Shown here piece after piece: positions 26,045-32,988 of a stretch of DNA of 32,988 nt (within the stretch, counting starts at the first letter, position 1; every line of letters begins with the position of its first letter). The stretch lies in IMG/VR virus record IMGVR_UViG_3300025398_000011; one strand, 5' to 3'. Under the pieces are notes generated by a model. It made no database searches. It had not been told where the DNA came from and saw nothing but the letters and a program-made list of their open reading frames with translations. Both the position numbers and the translations under genes were made by a program. This stretch comes from an uncultured virus (IMG/VR IMGVR_UViG_3300025398_000011). Lineage: Duplodnaviria; Heunggongvirae; Uroviricota; Caudoviricetes.

Positions 26045-26595
26045 TTGCGCGTAAATCAAGGTACAAGGAAGGTCGCTACTCCTACCCTCTCGGATACTAG
26101 GCGTAACCATAGGCTTACCTATATCTCATCTATTGTGAAGTAGTAACCTAGTCAATCTATATGACCTTGATACTTCTCCTTGCCCTTGACTTACACAATT
26201 ATGGTCGAGTGAGGGTTGGGTTAGGTACTAGAGGTAATCAGGTCGTGACCAACATACCTTGCTAATCCGATACCGCCCCCACAAGACAGGGGTTGCCATA
26301 CCATACAAGTTTTAGGGCGGTTTAAGTAGTCCACTATTTCAGAGCCACACGCACATTAAGGGTAACTAAGTACCCACGCCGTATCCGCAGATCGCTAAGG
26401 CTCGCCTACACCCAATCAACTTACTGGTATAGCAATTCTATTTAATTTTAGGTTGGTAGGGCTAGATACAGATTTTATAGGCGGTGCTGAAGGTAGTGAC
26501 TACTAAAACAATTAGCAAGGCTATTTCTAGCGTTGTGTCTTTTCGCTCTATTGCTTATTAACGGCGTATTACTCTCTACTCTAACCCTAACCAAT
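26045..26595 (-). ncRNA. large structured non-coding RNA candidate (family unassigned)
   Basis: No ORF of 60 aa or more in 26023-26596; multiple nested long-range helices, G-U pairs favouring the minus strand, GNRA-capped hairpin. Confidence 0.65.
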
Positions 26596-26596
26596 T

Positions 26597-26896
26597 CTAT
26601 TCGTCTAGGCTCTCAGCCATTTTCTCTGTTACTGCAAAGTCAGCAAAACTAATTCCACCAGCAATAGTACCCATCTGAGTTAGAACAGTTACCATAGCCA
26701 ACGACTCCTCAGTATCAACGCCGAGTGCTACCAGCCTCTTATGAATAGCCTTTTTCATAATCTCTACCATAGGAGAGGCGTTGTTGATGAGGTACTGCAT
26801 ATCCTCAGCACTAGGCTTGCTATTGCTCCCCATAGTTTTTAAGATACGCATAGCAATTTCTTTTTCGTTCTTGCTTAGATTGTCTAGTGGGTTCAT
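26597..26896 (-). CDS. hypothetical protein
   Basis: 99 aa, GAAAGGA SD. Confidence 0.7.
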   Translation of the reverse strand: MNPLDNLSKNEKEIAMRILKTMGSNSKPSAEDMQYLINNASPMVEIMKKAIHKRLVALGVDTEESLAMVTVLTQMGTIAGGISFADFAVTEKMAESLDE

Positions 26897-26921
26897 AATG
26901 TAATCCTTTCGTTAGTTACTG

Positions 26922-26947
26922 AACAGTAATATAGTTGATTTTATTCC
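26922..26947 (-). promoter_or_regulatory. ECF sigma (SigR/SigH-type) promoter
   Basis: GGAAT-N18-GTT, intergenic, upstream of 26896. Confidence 0.7.
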
Positions 26948-26949
26948 CG

Positions 26950-27417
26950 TTACCAAGAACTCTGATAGTAGAAACTCCAAGTTTCAGGGGCGGTATTTAG
27001 GAGTATAGTAATGCGAGAAGCGGTTTCTTTAAGAGAATCAAAGTAGTAAGAGTCATACTCTGTACCACCAAAGAAAAACCCCTCTGAGGTAGGAAGTAAT
27101 TTATGCGCTAAGTCGCGGTTCTGAACCACCTTTACGCATAAATCTCTGAGTTCTCTCAACTTATCTCGGCTTACCCAATACCTCTCGCAGTTATCGTTAC
27201 CGCCCTGAACATTTTTTACGAACCAATCGTGGATTGCATTAGCCTTGCGCCAATACATTGAGGTAACAGTTATATCCGCGCTAGGCGAGTTGAGGTCGGA
27301 AATAGCCGTTGCCTCAACCGCATTGACCACGCTTTTATACTGCTCGCGTTCGTTTTCTTCTCGGAAGCCGTAACCGCTTATATGCTTCTCGGCGTATAGG
27401 TACATATCCAAGCCCAT
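26950..27417 (-). CDS. conserved phage hypothetical protein (MGLDMY...YWRKAN family)
   Basis: MGLDMYL, YWRKANAIH.WF, LP...GFFFG, YYQSSW motifs. Confidence 0.8.
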   Translation of the reverse strand: MGLDMYLYAEKHISGYGFREENEREQYKSVVNAVEATAISDLNSPSADITVTSMYWRKANAIHDWFVKNVQGGNDNCERYWVSRDKLRELRDLCVKVVQNRDLAHKLLPTSEGFFFGGTEYDSYYFDSLKETASRITILLNTAPETWSFYYQSSW

Positions 27418-27603
27418 TTAATTATCCTTTCCTGAGTTTGCGTACATAGTATTGAGTAGATTAACTGCATTACTGACTACTTCACTAGCCTTTATGTGAA
27501 TTGCTAAGGAAGTGTCTGAAGCGAAATTGTTTGTTGTGGGTTCTTGTGACCACTCGCCCATAGTTGGGTCAAATACTAAAGTGAATCGGTGCTGGCTCAT
27601 CAC
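27418..27603 (-). CDS. hypothetical small protein
   Basis: Fits the tightly packed operon. Confidence 0.55.
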   Translation of the reverse strand: MMSQHRFTLVFDPTMGEWSQEPTTNNFASDTSLAIHIKASEVVSNAVNLLNTMYANSGKDN

Positions 27604-27767
27604 TTAACCCTTTCGTCAGATAAGTAGAACCCATAATCAAGTGCGGTATCTACCAAGTTGATTAGGTATTCTTTAGTTGCTGACTCAGACTCTAGCGCGC
27701 CTTTTAATTGCAAGAGAACTTCTTTCTGTAATAGAGCGTAGTCAAAGTCATTTGCAGGATTTACCAT
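27600..27767 (-). CDS. hypothetical protein, 55 aa, not in track
   Basis: MVNPANDFDYALLQKEVLLQL...; GAGG SD; fills the operon gap. Confidence 0.55.
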   Translation of the reverse strand: MVNPANDFDYALLQKEVLLQLKGALESESATKEYLINLVDTALDYGFYLSDERVK

Positions 27768-27862
27768 TTGTCTGCCTCATTTTCTATTGGTTGGTCGAGT
27801 TGGATTAGTAGTGCGGAGATTGCTAGGACTATTACTAGCCCTAGCAAAGTGATACCTAGCAT
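27761..27862 (-). CDS. 33-aa single-TM membrane peptide, not in track
   Basis: MLGITLLGLVIVLAISALLIQLDQ...; starts immediately after the vWA gene stop. Confidence 0.5.
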   Translation of the reverse strand: MLGITLLGLVIVLAISALLIQLDQPIENEADKW

Positions 27863-29773
27863 TTATGCCACCTTCTTTAGAGTTGATTTAACTAGGGCGG
27901 TGGCAACATTGAGAATATCTCTAGGAGTTGATACCGCGTGGAATACCTGAGCCTTATGGCGTAGGCGCTTGATGTAGTTGGTGGCTTGCTCGTCACCAGT
28001 AATCGAACGGCTGAGGACTTCCTTGTAGGACTTGTAATCGCCCAAGAATACAACTGAGGTAATCACGCCCTTCTCGCCCATACGCTTGATTAGTTCATCA
28101 CATTGGGCTTCTTTCTCCCACTCGCCGTCAGTAACGATAAAGAGAATCTTAATAGATTTCTTAGAAGCAGAGAGGATACGATCAGCCTCAATAATTCCGC
28201 GAATAGGGTTGGTGCTACCGCGCGACTCCACATAACGCATAGTTCTAGGCTTAGCCTTATCCTTTGACTCATAGAGGAGTTCGGTATCAGAGTCGAACGA
28301 GTACGCCGTAACTGAGCCGTTGATTGACTCGATACCGCGCTTGATAATCCAAGTGTTCTCGCAGACCGCCTTCATAAGCCCGCCCATTGAGCCTGAGTTA
28401 TCTGTAAGGATAACCGCCTCAATATCGGTGGCTTCATTACCCATATCCCATTGGTCGAACGCCTCAGAGATTGCATTAACATCAGGGTTCATAGTGCGCG
28501 AGATATTAAGGCGACCACTACGGACACGACTTACCCAAGCAGGGTCGTTATTGCGAACTAGGCGCTCCAACTCTGTACCGAAACGCTTTGCAGTAGAGAT
28601 TGCTCCCTCACTAGGTTCTAATAAGGCGTGATTTCCCTGAGCGATTGCGGTACGCGCAGTATCAGAATCTAAAATCGCGTTACGAGTATCCCGAATCTCG
28701 CGCTTAACGCTCGAATCGTTCTTAATCTGCTCCATACGCTCATTGAGTGCCTGAGCGAGTGCAGAGTCCTCAGAGTCCTTCTCGCGGTCAGGTTGCTCTA
28801 CTGATTGCTCGCTAGGCGCTTTGTTTGTTGTGGGCTGGCTATCCTGAGGCTTGCCGTTGCCCTTACCCAACTTCTCAGTAGGGAACTTGCAACCGCCTTC
28901 CTCTTGCAACTGCTCCTGCTCCTTAGTACCAGCAGGGCGACCCTTAGTAGGAAGTGTGCAGGTATCTGTGTCGCTAGGGATACCGCCCTGTGGAGTCTGC
29001 TCATCATCAAGCCCAACCAACTGTGCTAGTCGGTGAGCGAGAACCTTTGCAGTATCGAAATCTCTAGGGAATACGAGATTGCGGTATTCGTGCATAATCG
29101 AGTGAACCTCTTGGACAATATCTAATCCGTACTGTGCCACCGCTTTGTCTGCAATAACCTGTCGTAACTCAACTGGTAAGTAAGTGCGACCTGTGATTAA
29201 GTGGAACTTACCGCCCCAAGTGGAAGGCTTACCAGCGAGCAGGTAGGTATAGACACTAGCCTCTAGGTACTTGCGAACGGCAGGGTAGCGAGTGATGAGC
29301 AACTGCTCGGTACGCGCTTCCTCTAGGAGAGCAAGAGCGCGGAATAGTTTATTCTCACGCGCATAGATACCTAGATTAGAACCGATACGAGGGCTGAATA
29401 GAATATGACCGAGTTCGTGATAGTTCACGCCATTGAGGGAGATGAGTGACTCATCAGTTAAGTCCTCAATCAAGCGAGCATTTAACTCCATATCCTTGCC
29501 GTTAGTGCGCGCATTGGTATCTAAGTCAGGGTCGTTGATAACTGTAACTGTTACTTCCTCACCTGTGATAATGCGGTTAGCGCGCTGATAAACTCCTGCA
29601 ACTGCATTGAGTCGGTTGGTGCGCTCAGCATATTTCTCCACCGCTTCCGCGTGGGTGAGTCCGTCTTTGCTGGAAATAATCCACTCACCAGTAGTTTCGT
29701 CTAGTTCGTGGCTTAGACCATAGAAGTCGGTTAGTGCGTCTAACTCATCTCGCTTATGATTACGGCGCGCCAT
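27863..29773 (-). CDS. vWA-domain protein with N-terminal HExxH metallopeptidase-like domain (CobT-like partner)
   Basis: YHELGH, LEEAR.E, acidic linker, MIDAS DNSGSM...T...VTDG. Confidence 0.85.
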   Translation of the reverse strand: MARRNHKRDELDALTDFYGLSHELDETTGEWIISSKDGLTHAEAVEKYAERTNRLNAVAGVYQRANRIITGEEVTVTVINDPDLDTNARTNGKDMELNARLIEDLTDESLISLNGVNYHELGHILFSPRIGSNLGIYARENKLFRALALLEEARTEQLLITRYPAVRKYLEASVYTYLLAGKPSTWGGKFHLITGRTYLPVELRQVIADKAVAQYGLDIVQEVHSIMHEYRNLVFPRDFDTAKVLAHRLAQLVGLDDEQTPQGGIPSDTDTCTLPTKGRPAGTKEQEQLQEEGGCKFPTEKLGKGNGKPQDSQPTTNKAPSEQSVEQPDREKDSEDSALAQALNERMEQIKNDSSVKREIRDTRNAILDSDTARTAIAQGNHALLEPSEGAISTAKRFGTELERLVRNNDPAWVSRVRSGRLNISRTMNPDVNAISEAFDQWDMGNEATDIEAVILTDNSGSMGGLMKAVCENTWIIKRGIESINGSVTAYSFDSDTELLYESKDKAKPRTMRYVESRGSTNPIRGIIEADRILSASKKSIKILFIVTDGEWEKEAQCDELIKRMGEKGVITSVVFLGDYKSYKEVLSRSITGDEQATNYIKRLRHKAQVFHAVSTPRDILNVATALVKSTLKKVA

Positions 29774-31230
29774 TAGTTGCTACCCCCTAACTGTGATTGC
29801 AACTGCATAGCCCGAACCATTTGGTTGGCTAACTGCTCAGGAGATACTTGCTCTACTGTGGAAGTGTCCACATCAGGAGTATCTACGACTAGACCTAGAT
29901 CACGCGCGATATTGACCTTCATAGTTTCGATACTCATACGCACCGCACTACGCTCATCTTTATCGAAGCCGTTCACATAAGAGGAGATTGCTAGGTTGAG
30001 TCCTAGACCAAGCGCGTTCTTTTGGAAGGCAACGAGTCCGCGAGTAGAGATAGGAGTAGAGATTTCCTCTCGGTCATACTGGTCGCGTAACTTGCCAGCC
30101 AACTCCAAGAGTGCTTTGGACTTGATGAGTTTAGCCTCAATACGCTTATCGTATGGGAACTCCAACTTAACCTTCCAGCGATCATTGTTCGCCTGTGAAA
30201 GTTCGTGAGTGCCACGATAGCCAGCGTTCATATCTGCAACGACTAGAAGATCAGGGTGAGCCTTGATGACTTCTCCACCATTGTCGAGCAACTGAATCTC
30301 TCGGCGGTCATCTAGTAGCGAGTAGAGAACTGTAATAATGCGCTCAGGCATAAAGTTCACTTCATTTAAGAGTAGAACTCCACCATAGCGGACTAGGAGA
30401 GTGACCGCGCCGTCTTGCCAGCGATAGCCCTGTCCGTCATCTCTAGGAATCCAACGACCAAAGAGTTGTGAAGGGTCAAGACCAGCATTGGAACTCACGT
30501 TAAAGTAACGCTTGCCACGCGCTGAGGCATAGGCGAGTACGCTCATAGTCTTACCTGAGCCAGCACCGCCCTCAATCAGTACGTTGATATTATTCTCTAG
30601 GGCATAGTCATAAATATCAAAGTCAGACTTGCCGTCATCAAAGTAGCGGTTGATATATTCCTTAGCCCACTTAGAGTCGGGAACTGTAATCATATTTTCG
30701 TATGCGAGTGCGCTTGCCCTATCCATTTGAGGGACTTCTACACGCTCATACTTGGGCGGAGTCTGCTCCTGTATGAACTCCACGATCTCCGCGCGCTGAG
30801 GCTTTACACCTGTAAGCGGTTCGAGAGTAATGCCATTGACTCGGCGCTTATCAGTAATGTAGGCGGTGAGAGAGTTATCTCCTGCATAGAGTGAGCCGAT
30901 AAGGTTCTCTACTGCCTCTCGGTGAGTGGAAGGCGCGATAATAGGCTCGGCACTTTCTAGGGCATAGAGAGCCTTAGCCCCGATATTGGTAACGAGTCCT
31001 GAGCCTACGAGTGCGGTATCGCGCTCGGTGAGGAGTACGGCAACAGGGTTGAGCGTGAGCAGGGTATCGGGCAGGGTAGAGGTATCCTCTAGTTGCGCCC
31101 AAGTCTGACCACGACCTGCCTGACCAGTTGAGTCGCGGTGATAGGTAACGACCTCTCCATTGTGGGGAAGAATAAGAGTCTGCTGGCTGAGTTCGCCAAC
31201 CTGTGTTTCTACGAGTAGTGCGATAGTCAT
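29773..31230 (-). CDS. MoxR-family (CbbQ/NirQ/CobS-like) AAA+ ATPase
   Basis: Walker A GGAGSGKT, WQDG, Walker B LLLNE, I.AHPD, MN.GY.GT..L..A..DR. Confidence 0.88.
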   Translation of the reverse strand: MTIALLVETQVGELSQQTLILPHNGEVVTYHRDSTGQAGRGQTWAQLEDTSTLPDTLLTLNPVAVLLTERDTALVGSGLVTNIGAKALYALESAEPIIAPSTHREAVENLIGSLYAGDNSLTAYITDKRRVNGITLEPLTGVKPQRAEIVEFIQEQTPPKYERVEVPQMDRASALAYENMITVPDSKWAKEYINRYFDDGKSDFDIYDYALENNINVLIEGGAGSGKTMSVLAYASARGKRYFNVSSNAGLDPSQLFGRWIPRDDGQGYRWQDGAVTLLVRYGGVLLLNEVNFMPERIITVLYSLLDDRREIQLLDNGGEVIKAHPDLLVVADMNAGYRGTHELSQANNDRWKVKLEFPYDKRIEAKLIKSKALLELAGKLRDQYDREEISTPISTRGLVAFQKNALGLGLNLAISSYVNGFDKDERSAVRMSIETMKVNIARDLGLVVDTPDVDTSTVEQVSPEQLANQMVRAMQLQSQLGGSN

Positions 31231-31271
31231 TGGGTAGTGCCTTTCATATTAGGTATGGGGTATAGGGGTAG

Positions 31272-31297
31272 AACATTTTAGAGTTGAGTTTTATTCC
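31272..31297 (-). promoter_or_regulatory. ECF sigma (SigR/SigH-type) promoter
   Basis: GGAAT-N18-GTT upstream of the AAA+ gene. Confidence 0.7.
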
Positions 31298-31298
31298 C

Positions 31299-31472
31299 TC
31301 AGGTGAGAGGGATTTTGTCGAGCAGGGCAAGGATTAGGGCGATACGCGCCTTAGTTTCCTCATTGTCCTCATCTGTGGGGTTATCGGCAACCCACCCCTC
31401 TAGTTGGATAGAGGCTACTGAGAGAGCAACGCGGATTTCGTGCGCTTCCTCATTGGTGACTTCTAGGAGCAT
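31299..31472 (-). CDS. hypothetical protein, 57 aa, not in track
   Basis: MLLEVTNEEAHEIRVAL...; GAAAGGA SD, TAATG coupling. Confidence 0.6.
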   Translation of the reverse strand: MLLEVTNEEAHEIRVALSVASIQLEGWVADNPTDEDNEETKARIALILALLDKIPLT

Positions 31473-31585
31473 TATTTTCCTTTCTCTGCGCTAAGGCAGG
31501 AGTCGCATAGGGGCATAGATATACCCAAGATGAACGAGTGAATAATAGAGGCGGTCTGAGCGCCACAATCGAAGCAGGGCTTCAT
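31472..31585 (-). CDS. 37-aa zinc-finger peptide, not in track
   Basis: MKPCFDCG...LCDSC; TAATG coupling on both sides. Confidence 0.55.
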   Translation of the reverse strand: MKPCFDCGAQTASIIHSFILGISMPLCDSCLSAEKGK

Positions 31586-31845
31586 TATGCCCCCTTCACA
31601 CAAGGTCGGATAATGAGGCGACCTGAGGCTTCCTCATTAACGCGCTCCAACCACTCGTCAGGCTGAGTGTCGGGGTCATAATCATCACCAGCGAGATCGC
31701 CATAGAGGTCAATCTTGATAGTGCGGAGATCGTCATACTCAAAGTCAATCAACTCCGCGCCCTTAGAGAGTTCCTTCTGAATATCGGAGCAACCTGAGGC
31801 GTGGACAACGTCATCTTGACCTTCATAGTAAATAACTGTAAGCAT
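31585..31845 (-). CDS. acidic hypothetical protein
   Basis: 86 aa, GAAAGGTGA SD; VH..GC.D...PC. Confidence 0.7.
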   Translation of the reverse strand: MLTVIYYEGQDDVVHASGCSDIQKELSKGAELIDFEYDDLRTIKIDLYGDLAGDDYDPDTQPDEWLERVNEEASGRLIIRPCVKGA

Positions 31846-31910
31846 TGGGTCACCTTTCTACTGCATAGTGCGCGTTTGGCGCGGTTATGGGGTTTGTCTT
31901 ACATACTTAG

Positions 31911-31936
31911 AACAGAATAGGGGGGTACTTTATTCC
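31911..31936 (-). promoter_or_regulatory. ECF sigma (SigR/SigH-type) promoter
   Basis: GGAAT-N18-GTT upstream of 31845. Confidence 0.7.
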
Positions 31937-31957
31937 ATAGTAGGAGAAGGAATATAG

Positions 31958-32211
31958 ACTCTCAGGAATCTCTCAGACTTCTCTCGGCTCTCAGTTATCA
32001 TATAGGGCAATTCGGACATATGCGGACAAAGTAGTTATCATATAGACAAAAAGGGGTAAAGTGTCTAAATGTGGTCGCTCCCCTGCACTCTCGCCCTAGT
32101 GTTTAGACAGTAGCCCAAATAATGTCTAATCTCTGCTCTCTCACTCTACTCTAGAGTATCTCTCGGCTAACTCTCAGGAATCTCTCAGCCGGTGTTCACC
32201 TAATGTTCATC
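31958..32211. repeat. 11-bp-periodic direct repeat arrays and a 13-bp direct repeat
   Basis: ACTCTCAGGAATCTCTCAG at 31958 and 32170; AGTTATCATATAG at 31993 and 32033; phased TCTCAG/GTTCAC units. Confidence 0.85.
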
Positions 32212-32215
32212 TGCC

Positions 32216-32355
32216 GGCGGGAATAGTTTGTGTTGGGCTAATTGTTAATTCAATTAGCCCAATTGCTTATTCCGTGTTAATTCACGGAATAAGAGGTCTT
32301 TGTTCGGATGTGGGTGGGTGGGTCCAACACAAACAATCGGCGGATTATTCCCGCC
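32216..32355. repeat. nested inverted repeats with twin TTAATT-loop hairpins
   Basis: 12-bp stem 32233-32262, 11-bp stem 32266-32293, outer arms 32216-32236 / 32324-32355. Confidence 0.85.
32326..32351 (-). promoter_or_regulatory. ECF sigma (SigR/SigH-type) promoter
   Basis: GGAAT-N18-GTT, just downstream of a terminator. Confidence 0.55.
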
Positions 32356-32376
32356 TGACTGGTCATATTCTATTGT

Positions 32377-32411
32377 AAAGAAGGGGCGCCCCTACTACAA
32401 GGCGCCCCTAT
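32377..32411 (-). terminator. intrinsic terminator
   Basis: GGGGCGCC/GGCGCCCC stem followed by TTCTTT on the minus strand, after the stop of 32418..32627. Confidence 0.75.
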
Positions 32412-32417
32412 TAGTTC

Positions 32418-32627
32418 CTACTTCTTGATGCGTAGGAAAGCGAACGATCCGTGCTGATTTACTTTCGGTAATACTTCCTCTAGCACAGAGATTGAGAGGA
32501 TTTGGAAGAAGGACTCACGCTCCTGATCTGTGAAGTTCTCCACGATCTCGCGCTGGCTTTCGCTCAAACCATCAAGGTCTACATCTGCCACCAGAGTGAT
32601 CTGGTGTTCTACGGCTATCTTGCTCAT
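32418..32627 (-). CDS. hypothetical protein
   Basis: 69 aa, GGGGTGA SD, TAATG coupling. Confidence 0.7.
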   Translation of the reverse strand: MSKIAVEHQITLVADVDLDGLSESQREIVENFTDQERESFFQILSISVLEEVLPKVNQHGSFAFLRIKK

Positions 32628-32941
32628 TATTCACCCCCTAGATACTGGTAGGGATTCTCTGAGGCGAGCGCTTGGGCGCCCTCAGGGTCTTTAAAGAGCA
32701 GGAAAGCATAGTCAGGCAACTCTAGACCTGCGCTCTCGGCACTTGCTGAGAGAAGTCCTAGTGCGCGCATAGCGCTGGTACCTGCTTGACTTGCCCACGC
32801 CACATTTGCGGCTAGTGTGAAAGCCCATAGGTCTTGCTCTAGGATAGATTCGCGCTCCATAACCGCGCTCATAGCGGTGTTAAGAAGCGAGTTGTAGAGA
32901 TACATACGCCACGTATCGGACTCGTGCATAGCCTGAGTCAT
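32627..32941 (-). CDS. hypothetical protein
   Basis: 104 aa, TGATG coupling to a partial upstream ORF. Confidence 0.65.
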   Translation of the reverse strand: MTQAMHESDTWRMYLYNSLLNTAMSAVMERESILEQDLWAFTLAANVAWASQAGTSAMRALGLLSASAESAGLELPDYAFLLFKDPEGAQALASENPYQYLGGE

Positions 32942-32988
32942 CAGCGCTTGGAATAGAGGCTCATCTAAGCCGTCAGTACCAGCAGGGA

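Noticed and set aside
26045..26595. tmRNA, RNase P RNA or tRNA cluster
   Set aside because: No tRNA-like acceptor/T-arm ends, no GAGGAAAGUCC motif, no cloverleafs found by eye
731..30215. Numerous short antisense or overlapping ORFs in the track (e.g. 3005-3460, 4454-4783, 7114-7404, 24700-25074, 28320-28631)
   Set aside because: They are shadows of well-supported genes, with no RBS or motifs
31958..32355. CRISPR array (given the Cas4-like gene)
   Set aside because: Repeats are short, with no regular 30-40 nt unique spacers; stand-alone Cas4-like nucleases are common in phages

Overview
Segment of a tailed dsDNA phage, most likely infecting Actinobacteria (WhiB gene, many leaderless TANNNT promoters, SigR/SigH-type promoter motifs). 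The + strand (1-24213) carries a replication/recombination module: dNMP kinase, SNF2-like helicase, SSB, PolA, RecA, resolvases and a Cas4-like nuclease. It also carries accessory genes (WhiB, HslV-like protease, SpoVS, Hsp20, metallophosphoesterase), a run of small basic proteins, a nucleotidyltransferase/HAD/TGT-like cluster, two free-standing homing endonucleases and a class II RNR. After a bidirectional terminator (~24229-24259), the - strand carries many tiny early-type genes and a MoxR AAA+/vWA pair. The most interesting signals are non-coding or recoding features: (1) an unassigned ~550-nt highly base-paired RNA candidate at 26045-26595; (2) a prfB-like +1 frameshift cassette (GGAG-TAT-CCC-TGA-C) at ~14579-14592; (3) four exact GGAAT-N18-GTT ECF-type promoters on the - strand; (4) an ORF-free region (31940-32360) with 11-bp-phased MprA/PhoP-like repeats and twin hairpins; (5) an endonuclease VII insertion that appears to re-supply a recoded 5' end to the gene it interrupts; (6) an SD-sequestering thermometer-like leader on hsp20. 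All family calls come from motif recognition by eye; no database searches were run.
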